From: an uncultured virus (IMG/VR IMGVR_UViG_3300031885_002559) | Lineage: Duplodnaviria; Heunggongvirae; Uroviricota; Caudoviricetes | Direction: 5' to 3' (one strand) | Virus record (IMG/VR): IMGVR_UViG_3300031885_002559 | DNA length: 20,000 nucleotides | In this document: positions 7,678 to 15,312 of the stretch, in pieces | Numbering within the stretch: position 1 is the stretch's first letter | Layout: the number at the start of each line of letters is the position of its first letter | The notes under the pieces: generated by a model | Database searches by the model: none | The model's input: the letters and a program-made list of their open reading frames with translations, nothing else | What the model was told of the DNA's origin: nothing | Position numbers and translations under genes: made by a program

Positions 7678-8082
7678 ATGGCAAGTACGACGACCAACGG
7701 TGTGGTGCTTCAGGTGCCCTATGCGGTCATCCGCAACCCGGAGCGAACGCGGCCTTTCACGGCGAGCATCATCGGCCCCGACCCTCTGCGCGGCGGACAG
7801 AATACCCTGCGCGCATTCCCAACCGGGCCGATCACCCCGAGCAACCTCGTCACGCAGTACTTCACGTACGTCGGCGACAAAATCACGTGGACGCTTCAAG
7901 CTCCGTGCGTCGATCCGTCAGCCAAAGCGTTCGAGTTTGGACGCGTCAGCTTCACGACAGGCGTTGTGACGCTGGACTCCATCGTCAGCTTCACCGCCGC
8001 GTGGCAGCGACAGCTTGTCGTGACCGTAACCGCGATCAACGCAACGAGCGGAGCCGTCACGTACACGGTGGCCTACAGCTAA
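7678..8082 (+). CDS. Hypothetical beta-rich protein, possibly virion
   Basis: T/V/A-rich, 134 aa; GTAGTTA motif upstream. Confidence 0.75.
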   Translation: MASTTTNGVVLQVPYAVIRNPERTRPFTASIIGPDPLRGGQNTLRAFPTGPITPSNLVTQYFTYVGDKITWTLQAPCVDPSAKAFEFGRVSFTTGVVTLDSIVSFTAAWQRQLVVTVTAINATSGAVTYTVAYS

Positions 8083-8083
8083 A

Positions 8084-8158
8084 TGGTGCGGACGGCTGGT
8101 GCTGCCCCAGCGGCCTCCAGATTGTCGTTCTGGCGCTCTACTGCTGAGCTACGCCCGC
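8084..8158 (-). tRNA. tRNA-Val(GAC)
   Basis: Loop ACGACAA, cloverleaf, CCA. Confidence 0.85.
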
Positions 8159-8373
8159 AAACGCTTGGTCTTACCCGTCTTGAGGTCCACCCGCAGCCAC
8201 TCCTTTTTTGAGCGGCTGTAGATGCGCTCGATCCCACGCGACCGGGCCAAATCCACGACCTCGCGCTTGAAGCCGTGAACCTGTTTTCCGTTCGGCAACG
8301 TAATTGTATACGGTGCCTGCTGAACGCTCACGACGTTGCTGACAGGTTTCGCTAGACTCCAGTGCCATGCCAT
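8149..8373 (-). CDS. Small hypothetical protein
   Basis: Start moved to ATG 8373 (after a GTTCT motif); the longer call overlaps tRNA-Lys. Confidence 0.55.
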   Translation of the reverse strand: MAWHWSLAKPVSNVVSVQQAPYTITLPNGKQVHGFKREVVDLARSRGIERIYSRSKKEWLRVDLKTGKTKRLRA

Positions 8374-8460
8374 ACGCTCAAGAACTGGAGCCGAAGGCCG
8401 GTGCTGCCCCGGCTCGCCCAAGTTTACAAAACTCGGACCCATGCTGATGGCATCGGCAAA

Positions 8461-8535
8461 TGGTGGGTTGGGTGGGACTCGCACCCACAGCCTTCTGTTT
8501 AAGAGACAGATACTCTACTATTGAGTTACCAACCC
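8461..8535 (-). tRNA. tRNA-Lys(CTT)
   Basis: Loop CTCTTAA. Confidence 0.9.
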
Positions 8536-8540
8536 GAAAG

Positions 8541-8615
8541 TGGTCGCTGTGCCCGGACTCGCACCGGGAGCCTTCGCCTTATGAGGGCGTTGCGCTGCTA
8601 TTGCGCCACACAGCG
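8541..8615 (-). tRNA. tRNA-Met(CAT), probably elongator
   Basis: Loop CTCATAA, paired 1-72. Confidence 0.85.
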
Positions 8616-8620
8616 GAATC

Positions 8621-9715
8621 TTAAATGGTGTCGGTCCTGCCGACCGCCTGATTGTACAACAACTGCGAACTATTGCCTCCGAGATCAAGCCAGTCCGTTG
8701 AGACAGGAACGCCATCGGCAACATCGCTCATAGGGCAGTACACAACCAGCTCTCCCGGCTGAACCGTTAGTGGAAGATCGCGAACCGGAGCGCTCAGCGT
8801 CAGCACTTCTGCCGCGCTCAGCGCCTTTTTCCAGATCGCAACATCTGCGAGCCTGCCTGCGTAGTAGTCTGTGCCGAGCGCCATCGTCGCGGCTGCGATC
8901 CACCACCGCGTTCCGAACTTAACGATCTCGCCAACGGCCTTGGGAATGCCGTCAGCAGCGCCGCTGACATACAGGATGAGCGTGCTGTTTTCGAGGCACG
9001 TCAGCGCGACGTGTACCCAGACACCCGGTACGACTGGGACTAGGCCCGTAACGGTTGGGTTTATGCCATCATCTTGGACAAAGCCTTTGAAAACCGGCCC
9101 TTGTGCGAGCAGGAACGACACGGTATCCAGCGGGTCAGCAACGAGCGATCCCGTTCTGGCTGCAATGGCGCGGTATGTTGCTGCCTGCTGCGGCTTTACC
9201 CACGCGCTGATTGTGTACTCGCTCGGCTTAATCGCTGCTGATCCGTTATAGAAGGCCGTGCGCACAGAAGCTCCAACCGGAAAGTCATACACCAGATTAG
9301 CGGGGTCTGGCGGCGGCGGTCCCCCACCTCCTTGCTGACTACTAGCCACTCCACCGAGTGGCATGTAGGTCACGCCGAGCTTCTGCCCGCTCAGCAGCAC
9401 AGAGTTGCTGCCTGTACCGAGCTGATCATCGGTCTTGCCCGGCTCCGGCGTATACTTCACGCCGAGCTTTTGACCAGCCAGCAGTCGCGCATTGCTGCCT
9501 GTGCCCGGCTCGCCATCGGCCTTGCCCTGATTGGGAACGTATACAGTCGGGTTAGGCTTGCCTGACACGATGACCGTGTTGCTGCCTGTGCCGACGTTGC
9601 CGTCGCTCTTGGCTGGATTCGGAACGTACGTCATCGGCTTCGACTGCCCAGAAACAACTGCCGCGTTGCTGCCGGTACCGACTCGGTCTCCGATGATGGT
9701 TTGTGGCGCTGCCAT
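8621..9715 (-). CDS. LamG/concanavalin-like domain protein with four N-terminal ~29-aa repeats
   Basis: YTISAWVKP, WVHVALT, LYVSG, YAGRLADVAIWKKALSAAEV; four GTGSN repeats. Confidence 0.85.
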   Translation of the reverse strand: MAAPQTIIGDRVGTGSNAAVVSGQSKPMTYVPNPAKSDGNVGTGSNTVIVSGKPNPTVYVPNQGKADGEPGTGSNARLLAGQKLGVKYTPEPGKTDDQLGTGSNSVLLSGQKLGVTYMPLGGVASSQQGGGGPPPPDPANLVYDFPVGASVRTAFYNGSAAIKPSEYTISAWVKPQQAATYRAIAARTGSLVADPLDTVSFLLAQGPVFKGFVQDDGINPTVTGLVPVVPGVWVHVALTCLENSTLILYVSGAADGIPKAVGEIVKFGTRWWIAAATMALGTDYYAGRLADVAIWKKALSAAEVLTLSAPVRDLPLTVQPGELVVYCPMSDVADGVPVSTDWLDLGGNSSQLLYNQAVGRTDTI

Positions 9716-9737
9716 GCCCTAAATACGCCGAATGAAC

Positions 9738-9812
9738 TGGAGCCCCCGTGCGGATGTGCGCCGCACTCTCCCCGATACCAACGGGGTACATCGCTGTCTA
9801 TGCTTCAGGGGC
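9738..9812 (-). tRNA. tRNA-Thr(GGT)
   Basis: Loop TTGGTAT. Confidence 0.8.
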
Positions 9813-9815
9813 GAA

Positions 9816-9890
9816 TGGAGCGGCAGCCGGGTAGCGCGCCCGGTACTCTGGTTTGGAAGACCAGCGTGTATCTCTCAACACCTATGCCGC
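9816..9890 (-). tRNA. tRNA-Gly(TCC)
   Basis: Loop CTTCCAA, GCG start, U73. Confidence 0.85.
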
Positions 9891-9893
9891 AAA

Positions 9894-10220
9894 TCACTGA
9901 ACTTCACCGCTCTTGAGCCGGTCAAACATCGAGCGCGCAGGTGGAGGCGCTTGGGCTCCTTCAACGGGTCCGAGGTCTGGAACCCAGCCTTTTGGATTTG
10001 CGTCCTGTATGGCGACCAGCTCCGCGATCTGAGCATCCTCGTACCCCGTCCTCTTGGCCCACGCAATGAAGTGGCGTCGGCACTGGCTGTGCGACTTGCC
10101 AAATACCGGCGCGCCGTAGTGCTCGCGTTCGCAGTCGTGACAGGCGCGCTCTGGCGTACCAGACATCACGTCAGATTCAAGCAGGCGGTTGACTAGGTTT
10201 ACGGCTTGGGTCGAGGTCAT
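9894..10220 (-). CDS. Small Zn-finger-like protein, paralog of 10177-10455
   Basis: CHDCER...SHSQCRRH; start at ATG 10220 or GTG 10244. Confidence 0.7.
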   Translation of the reverse strand: MTSTQAVNLVNRLLESDVMSGTPERACHDCEREHYGAPVFGKSHSQCRRHFIAWAKRTGYEDAQIAELVAIQDANPKGWVPDLGPVEGAQAPPPARSMFDRLKSGEVQ

Positions 10221-10455
10221 GCCAGTATTGTCTTTTGCTTCCACGCTCGCTCACGTGTGCCTGCGCTTTTTCACGCGGCCAGTTTAGCGGCGCGTTCGTA
10301 TACATGTCAACCATGCAGCTCGGGCAGTAGCCGTGGCTCGGGCTTTCACCGGGCTCCATTTTGGCTGTCCCGTACTTGCGCTCGCAGGCTAAGCAGACGG
10401 GCACGGCGCTGGACTCCAAAAGGCGGTCAACGCATTGTTTGGCCAGACTTTTCAT
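10177..10455 (-). CDS. Small Zn-finger-like protein
   Basis: CLACER...SHGYCPSC; ATG 10455 follows a GTAGTTA motif. Confidence 0.75.
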   Translation of the reverse strand: MKSLAKQCVDRLLESSAVPVCLACERKYGTAKMEPGESPSHGYCPSCMVDMYTNAPLNWPREKAQAHVSERGSKRQYWHDLDPSRKPSQPPA

Positions 10456-10469
10456 CGCTCTAACTACAG

Positions 10470-10544
10470 TGGAGTCCGGCCAGAGGATCGCACTCTGCGC
10501 CACCGCTTTGCAGGCGGGGCCGTTCACTAGCTCGGTCGCCGGAC
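10470..10544 (-). tRNA. tRNA-Cys(GCA)
   Basis: Loop CTGCAAA, U73. Confidence 0.88.
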
Positions 10545-10548
10545 GTAA

Positions 10549-10623
10549 TGGGGTGGCCACGGAGGATCGCACTCCGACCGGCAGCTCCACAGGCTGCGGC
10601 TCTTCTACTTGAGCTATGGCCAC
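10549..10623 (-). tRNA. tRNA-His(GTG)
   Basis: Loop CTGTGGA, C73; position -1 is T. Confidence 0.88.
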
Positions 10624-10626
10624 ATC

Positions 10627-10701
10627 TGGAGCCTCCACACGGTACTGCCCCGTGTTCTTCGGTTTACGAAACCGACGCATCACTTCGTATGCTTTGGAGG
10701 C
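10627..10701 (-). tRNA. tRNA-Thr(CGT)
   Basis: Loop TTCGTAA. Confidence 0.85.
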
Positions 10702-10710
10702 AAATTGAAA

Positions 10711-10920
10711 GTCTCGCTGAAGCCGCCCGCTGCTCGGCAAGCCTCGCTCCCAATAGCCGTAGGTTTTCCGGTTCCCCCAGCTAATCGTAGCGGCGTTCTG
10801 CCCGGTGGAAGTCTCGATCAACCGCCGGGCCTATCAGCGAAATTGGCCAGTTCACTCTCATACTGGATCGCCCCGGCTGAGAGGACTCCTGATCAGGGAG
10901 GGGGCTTTTCTCGACGAGAC
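10711..10920 (-). ncRNA. Unassigned structured RNA (~210 nt)
   Basis: Closing stem GTCTCG/CGAGAC, AAGCC/GGCTT, several internal hairpins. Confidence 0.55.
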
Positions 10921-10941
10921 AGTGGTGGGAGGCAAAGGGTG

Positions 10942-11334
10942 TCACCGCAGTTCAAAGTCAGCAGCCAATTTCACATTTTTGTATTGACCGTTCTTAGCGG
11001 GGCTGATCCGCAGGGAACCGTGCGTCTCTGGTACTGCGTCAACTGCTATCCTGTAGTACTTGTCGAGTTCTGGACAGTATACGATGAATAGGTCAGCACT
11101 TCCCCTGTACCCTTTTCGCTTATTGGTCCGGCAGTGCTGGCTGCAAGCATTCCAACGAAGAGCACCGCCAACGATACGACCCGTTTTGCATTGGACTCGA
11201 AACAACTGCCCGTCGTCATCCAGCACGAAGTCGTAGCGCGGCTTTCCAAACGGCACAGACACGACTTTGCCGTTGTTGACTAGCTTCGACAGGACCAAAC
11301 TCTCCGTTCGGTCGCCGCGTTCACAAGCGTTCAT
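10942..11334 (-). CDS. PD-(D/E)XK homing-type endonuclease (I-Ssp6803I-like family)
   Basis: GDRTE, VSVPFG..RYDFVLD, RVQCKTGR, DLFIVYCPE. Confidence 0.88.
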   Translation of the reverse strand: MNACERGDRTESLVLSKLVNNGKVVSVPFGKPRYDFVLDDDGQLFRVQCKTGRIVGGALRWNACSQHCRTNKRKGYRGSADLFIVYCPELDKYYRIAVDAVPETHGSLRISPAKNGQYKNVKLAADFELR

Positions 11335-11347
11335 ACCAATACAGAAC

Positions 11348-11421
11348 TGGTACCCCGTGACGGAATTGCACCGTCTCCATGAGTTTGTAGGACTCAGGCA
11401 CTACTGTTATGCAAACGGGGC
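11348..11421 (-). tRNA. tRNA-Val(TAC)
   Basis: Loop CCTACAA. Confidence 0.82.
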
Positions 11422-11439
11422 AGAGCTACGCTCCCAAAG

Positions 11440-11515
11440 TGGTATCCCCGGCAGGAATCACACCTGCGGCCTCCGCCTTCGCAGAGCGGCGCTCTATTGA
11501 CTGAGCTACGGGGAC
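11440..11515 (-). tRNA. tRNA-Arg(GCG)
   Basis: Loop CTGCGAA. Confidence 0.88.
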
Positions 11516-11529
11516 ATGGAAAGTTTGAA

Positions 11530-11679
11530 GTTGGCGCGGTGCCGCAGCGGAGGCCCCCAAAGGACGAGGGGCACACTGCTCGCGATTACCAGACACCCCG
11601 CCGGTCAAAAACGCCAGCAAACCCGGCGGCATTGGGTGCCATGCCCATCACCCTGTCACGTCGTCAGCACCGCGCCGAC
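11530..11679 (-). ncRNA. Unassigned structured RNA (150 nt)
   Basis: Near-perfect 15-bp closing stem GTCGGCGCGGTGCTG/CGGCACCGCGCCAAC plus inner hairpins. Confidence 0.65.
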
Positions 11680-11695
11680 GAAGTCTCGCTCAAAA

Positions 11696-11771
11696 TGGTG
11701 CTCCCGGCAAGGATTTCACTTGCGACCTTCCGCTTCGGAGGCGGGCGCTCTATAAACTGAGCTACGGGAGC
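11696..11771 (-). tRNA. tRNA-Arg(CCG)
   Basis: Loop CTCCGAA. Confidence 0.88.
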
Positions 11772-11788
11772 GAAGCTGTAGTTACGGC

Positions 11789-12916
11789 ATGAGCGATCAA
11801 GAGTTTGACGTGGTCGTGCCGGACATCCCGATGCCGACGGTCGAGCAGTCGGCTGCGATCAAGGACGACTTCACGGGCGGGTTCCGCTTCTCCTTCGTGG
11901 GCAGCGGCCAAGGCGGAAACCGGATCGCTGCAACCTTTCTCAAGCTGGGCTACAAGCGCGTCTGCTGCATCAATACGGCAGATCAGGACATGGCCAACAT
12001 CCGGGTGGCTGACAGCGCCAAGCTGTGCATCGGCGGGGGCGGCGCGGGGAAAAACCCGGCAGTGGCCAAGGCCCTCATCAAAGAGCGCAAGGAGGACGTG
12101 CTCGACTTCATGCGCCGGTCATTCGGCCCGGAGTTCGACCGCACGTTCGTCTGCATCGGCGCTGGCGGAGGCACCGGGGCTGGGACCGCCGTGCAGCTCG
12201 TGGACATCAGCATCGAGCTTCAAAAGTCGCTCAAGTGCGAGGCCCAGAAGGTCGGCGTGATCGTCGCGCTGCCCAAGGCCAGCGAGGGCAAGCGCGTAAA
12301 CGCCAACGCGTACAACGTGCTCAACGACCTTTGCGACCTCTGCGAAAAGGGCTTCGTCTCTCCGCTCATCATCCTCGACAACGAGAAGATCGGCGCGCTC
12401 TACCCAACGCTGGCGGTTGATCCCTTCTGGGACACGGCCAACATGAGCGTCTGCTCGCTCTTCCACCTGTTCAACATCATCAGCACGAAGAACAGCACGT
12501 ACTCGACGTTCGACCGGAATGACCTGAAAACCGTCCTCGACGCCGGGCTGATCACCTTCGGGGCCACGCCGGTTGAGCGCTGGCAGGACGCCACAGACAT
12601 CAGCTACGCCGTCAGGAACAACCTGAAAAAGAACATCCTGTCGGGCGGCATCGACCTGTCCACCGGAACGACCGCCGGGGCCGTGGTTATCGGTGGCCAG
12701 TACGTCCTGACCCAGATTCCGCAGCTCCATCTCGACCACGCCTTCGACCAGTTGAACCGGATGCTCAAGCCCGGCAGCACCGTCCACCGGGGCATCTACC
12801 GAGGCAACCAGAACTCGCTGATCGTATACACGGCGATAGGCGGCCTAGCCCGGCCTGACGCGAAACTTGAAGAACTGAAGCAACTCGGCGATCTTGGCGA
12901 CGCCACACAGGCTTGA
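11789..12916 (+). CDS. Tubulin/FtsZ-family GTPase
   Basis: GSGQGGNRIA, INT..D, GAGKNP, GAGGGTGAG signature, ILDNE. Confidence 0.92.
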   Translation: MSDQEFDVVVPDIPMPTVEQSAAIKDDFTGGFRFSFVGSGQGGNRIAATFLKLGYKRVCCINTADQDMANIRVADSAKLCIGGGGAGKNPAVAKALIKERKEDVLDFMRRSFGPEFDRTFVCIGAGGGTGAGTAVQLVDISIELQKSLKCEAQKVGVIVALPKASEGKRVNANAYNVLNDLCDLCEKGFVSPLIILDNEKIGALYPTLAVDPFWDTANMSVCSLFHLFNIISTKNSTYSTFDRNDLKTVLDAGLITFGATPVERWQDATDISYAVRNNLKKNILSGGIDLSTGTTAGAVVIGGQYVLTQIPQLHLDHAFDQLNRMLKPGSTVHRGIYRGNQNSLIVYTAIGGLARPDAKLEELKQLGDLGDATQA

Positions 12917-13632
12917 TGCCCACGAACATCCCATACAGCTTCTCGCGAATCAACACGACGAAGATTCCAGCTCGTGAAGGCTGGGTATACGTCAAGCCCG
13001 TACAGGGACGCTTCGCCGTCTCAGGCAGCGGATTCCGCACCGAGTACGCCGACGAACGCACCGTGCGCGGCCTTGTAGTCGAGCTGGTCAACGCGCTGGG
13101 CGGGCCGGTCCCCTACATGCCGGGACCGCTGCCCCGTGACTACGAGAGCGCGAAGAAAATCGTCAGCAGTCTGCTGGAGGACGAGGAAGACTTCGACCCC
13201 AAGGGCTTTCTCAAGCACAGCCTGCCAAGCCCCGCCAGCAACACCAAGGCGTTTCAGGAGCAGCTCGCCGCGCAGCTCCTCGAAGCGGGCTGGGTACTCG
13301 TCCGCGTCAACGCCGACGACGATGGGCGCTGGATCGTAGACGCTGAAGTCATCGACGAGGGCCACCGACGGCACTGGGCGGCACTGGGTGCTCGGGTCGC
13401 CCCGGAGCCGGAAGAAGGCATGATCCGGGCTCAGGTCGTACGCCAGTTCAAAGTGGCCTGTAAACGGATGCTCGTTGAACCGCAGGACATCCGCTTCGAG
13501 GATTTGCGCCCCGCGCACCACGGCTACGACCTCCAGAGCCAGTACGACGATCTCGAAGACATCCCCGGCGACTGGCGCATCCAGTTGAGCTTCTACTACG
13601 AGCCCGGCGATAAAGTGGTAGCCCATGATTAA
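12916..13632 (+). CDS. Hypothetical phage protein
   Basis: TGATG overlap with the tubulin gene; contains ESAKKIVSSLLED. Confidence 0.8.
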   Translation: MPTNIPYSFSRINTTKIPAREGWVYVKPVQGRFAVSGSGFRTEYADERTVRGLVVELVNALGGPVPYMPGPLPRDYESAKKIVSSLLEDEEDFDPKGFLKHSLPSPASNTKAFQEQLAAQLLEAGWVLVRVNADDDGRWIVDAEVIDEGHRRHWAALGARVAPEPEEGMIRAQVVRQFKVACKRMLVEPQDIRFEDLRPAHHGYDLQSQYDDLEDIPGDWRIQLSFYYEPGDKVVAHD

Positions 13633-13693
13633 CTGCGCCGATGTGGGCACACGCCTCCGTTGATCGCTCGGCCACAGTTACAGTTCCAGCAAA

Positions 13694-13770
13694 TGGCGTC
13701 CCCGGAGGGCTTCGCTCCCTCGATCTTCAGGTTGAGAACCTGACGTGTTGACTGGCTACACCACGGGGAC
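13694..13770 (-). tRNA. tRNA-Glu(CTC)
   Basis: Loop TTCTCAA. Confidence 0.88.
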
Positions 13771-13774
13771 GGAA

Positions 13775-13843
13775 TTGCGGGCAAGGGAGGATCGAAGGGG
13801 TTCACCTTGGATAGAAGATAACCCTTCAAAGTTCGGCCCGCAA
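13775..13843 (-). ncRNA. Minimal Y RNA without a tRNA domain
   Basis: TTGCGGGCCGA...GGTTATC...CCCTTGCCCGCAA. Confidence 0.75.
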
Positions 13844-13845
13844 AA

Positions 13846-13924
13846 TGGCATCCGTGACCGGACTCGCACCGGTTAATTTTCCAGCTTGAAAGGCTGGCCA
13901 CTCGGCTACTTCGTGCTCACGGAC
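13846..13924 (-). tRNA. tRNA-Glu(TTC)
   Basis: Loop CTTTCAA. Confidence 0.85.
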
Positions 13925-13929
13925 ATACA

Positions 13930-14002
13930 CTGTTGAGCCCCCAGAGTGGTTCGCTACGTGATCTCAGCACGGGTCATGTTCGCCACCCACCGGGCTCAAC
14001 AG
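13930..14002 (-). ncRNA. Unassigned structured RNA (73 nt)
   Basis: 11-bp closing stem CTGTTGAGCCC/GGGCTCAACAG; CGTG-CTGAGAT-CACG hairpin. Confidence 0.6.
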
Positions 14003-14005
14003 AAT

Positions 14006-14082
14006 TGGTGGCGAGGGTCCGAATTGCACGGACGACACCCTGTTCTTCAGACAGGTGCTACTACTGACTGAGCTACCTCGCC
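14006..14082 (-). tRNA. tRNA-Phe(GAA)
   Basis: Loop CTGAAGA. Confidence 0.88.
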
Positions 14083-14589
14083 AATTATGAATCCCTTGCG
14101 CACGTACTTCTCGGCTTCAGCGATTAAGGCGTCCTCGGCGCACTTGCTGTGCTCAACCCGATGACAGTTGGCACACAGAAGCTCGCACTTTTTGAGTTCC
14201 TTCCAGATGACTTTCCAGCTTTTGTGTGCCGCGCTACCAATCGCAAAATCTTTTCCGCCTACGTGGTGAAAGTCAAAAGTAGACGGATGCCCGTTCCAGC
14301 CGCACCTTACGCATTTGCCGCCAAGCAACTTTATTGCAAGCAGCTTGGTTCTGCACCGCCTAACCCTAGTCCAGCAGGACATGCAAAAACGCCGTCCGCA
14401 CACTGTCTTTCGACCACAAAGCACGCAGTTCTCGTGATGCTGAGAACGTTTACGCACCGATGGTTGCGTGCTGAGGCCGTAACGTTTCAGCCAGTAGCGA
14501 ACGGCGGTATGCCCGACTACGCACTCCGCCGCAATAGCCCGTTGGCTCAACCCAGCATCAACTTTCGACTTCAACACATCGTAGGTCAT
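14047..14589 (-). CDS. HTH + Zn finger + HNH endonuclease
   Basis: GLSQRAIA..VRYWLKRYGL; GGKCVRCG, FDFHH, KCELLCANCHRVEH; 3' end runs into tRNA-Phe. Confidence 0.88.
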   Translation of the reverse strand: MTYDVLKSKVDAGLSQRAIAAECVVGHTAVRYWLKRYGLSTQPSVRKRSQHHENCVLCGRKTVCGRRFCMSCWTRVRRCRTKLLAIKLLGGKCVRCGWNGHPSTFDFHHVGGKDFAIGSAAHKSWKVIWKELKKCELLCANCHRVEHSKCAEDALIAEAEKYVRKGFIIGEVAQSVVAPV

Positions 14590-14613
14590 GGCCTAACTAC
14601 GATGTGTCCAAAG

Positions 14614-14688
14614 TGGTGGTCACGGTTGGTGCTGCCCCAACGACCCCGCGCTTATCAAGCGCGTGCTCTGCTGCTGAGCTACGTGACC
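14614..14688 (-). tRNA. tRNA-Ile(GAT)
   Basis: Loop TTGATAA. Confidence 0.88.
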
Positions 14689-14689
14689 G

Positions 14690-15034
14690 TCAAAAGTTGA
14701 GGCGCAGATTGGAGCGCCCAGAAAAGCCAACGTACGGCGTATACGTCACGGTGTTCGACCACGGGCTTTCGGCCTCCGCGTCAAAGCATGAGACCGCGAA
14801 TACGTAGGTCGTTCCGGGTCGAAGGTTCGTGACCGTGCAGTAGTCCACAACCCCCATGTCGAGAGCCGTTCTCCACGTCCGCCCGTCATCACAAGCGTAG
14901 AGCCGGTAAGCGCGCACGCCCGGCGAGGGCGACAAGTCCCACGCCAGCGTTACGCTGGCATACGCAGGCTCAGCAGGGTTTGCCGCCCGCAGCACGAGGA
15001 GCAGGCCGAGGAGCGCGAACAGGCGCTTTTTCAT
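14690..15034 (-). CDS. Secreted fibronectin type III domain protein
   Basis: Signal peptide; SVTLAWD, YRLY, VTNLRPGTTYVFAVS, ESPWSN. Confidence 0.88.
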   Translation of the reverse strand: MKKRLFALLGLLLVLRAANPAEPAYASVTLAWDLSPSPGVRAYRLYACDDGRTWRTALDMGVVDYCTVTNLRPGTTYVFAVSCFDAEAESPWSNTVTYTPYVGFSGRSNLRLNF

Positions 15035-15054
15035 CGACCTATCTACGAGATGAA

Positions 15055-15191
15055 TTGACGAGCAAGGGTGTAGACGTGGATGTTTTAGCGCTCTACCACT
15101 GAGCTACCCCGGCGTTTGGAGCCGGGAGTGGGACTCGAACCCACGACCTCCTCATTACATTGAGATAACCCACACCAGATCGGCTCGTCAA
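15055..15191 (-). ncRNA. yrlA: Y RNA, YrlA type (second copy)
   Basis: TTGACGAGC/GCTCGTCAA stem, GGTTATC, then T arm, looped acceptor-like stem and D arm. Confidence 0.85.
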
Positions 15192-15193
15192 AT

Positions 15194-15282
15194 TGGCGGA
15201 AGGAGAGGGAATCGCACCCCCGACGGTTTTTAGGCCGCAACGGTTTTCGGGACCGTGTCCTCGTCTATGCCGGACTCCTTCC
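15194..15282 (-). tRNA. tRNA-Ser(CGA)
   Basis: Loop CCCGAAA, long variable arm, G73. Confidence 0.85.
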
Positions 15283-15312
15283 AAGATCAAAAGCTTCAGC
15301 GTATTTAGGGCA

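Noticed and set aside
10456..10821. N-terminal extension of ORF 10177-10821 (likewise 15193-15312 and 8374-8484)
   Set aside because: These extensions run through tRNA genes; better starts lie right after the promoter-like motifs
10711..10920. RNase P RNA (GAGAAAAGCC and CAGAACGCCGCTA resemble conserved regions)
   Set aside because: The two segments do not form the P4 helix
10711..11347. Group I intron housing the PD-(D/E)XK endonuclease
   Set aside because: No recognisable P7 or catalytic core and no interrupted tRNA; the flanking tRNAs are complete
11348..11421. Amber suppressor (CTA in loop CCTACAA); similarly TCA in the Leu(CAG) loop
   Set aside because: The symmetric 7-nt loops place TAC and CAG at positions 34-36; ORFs in the window end normally at TAG and TGA
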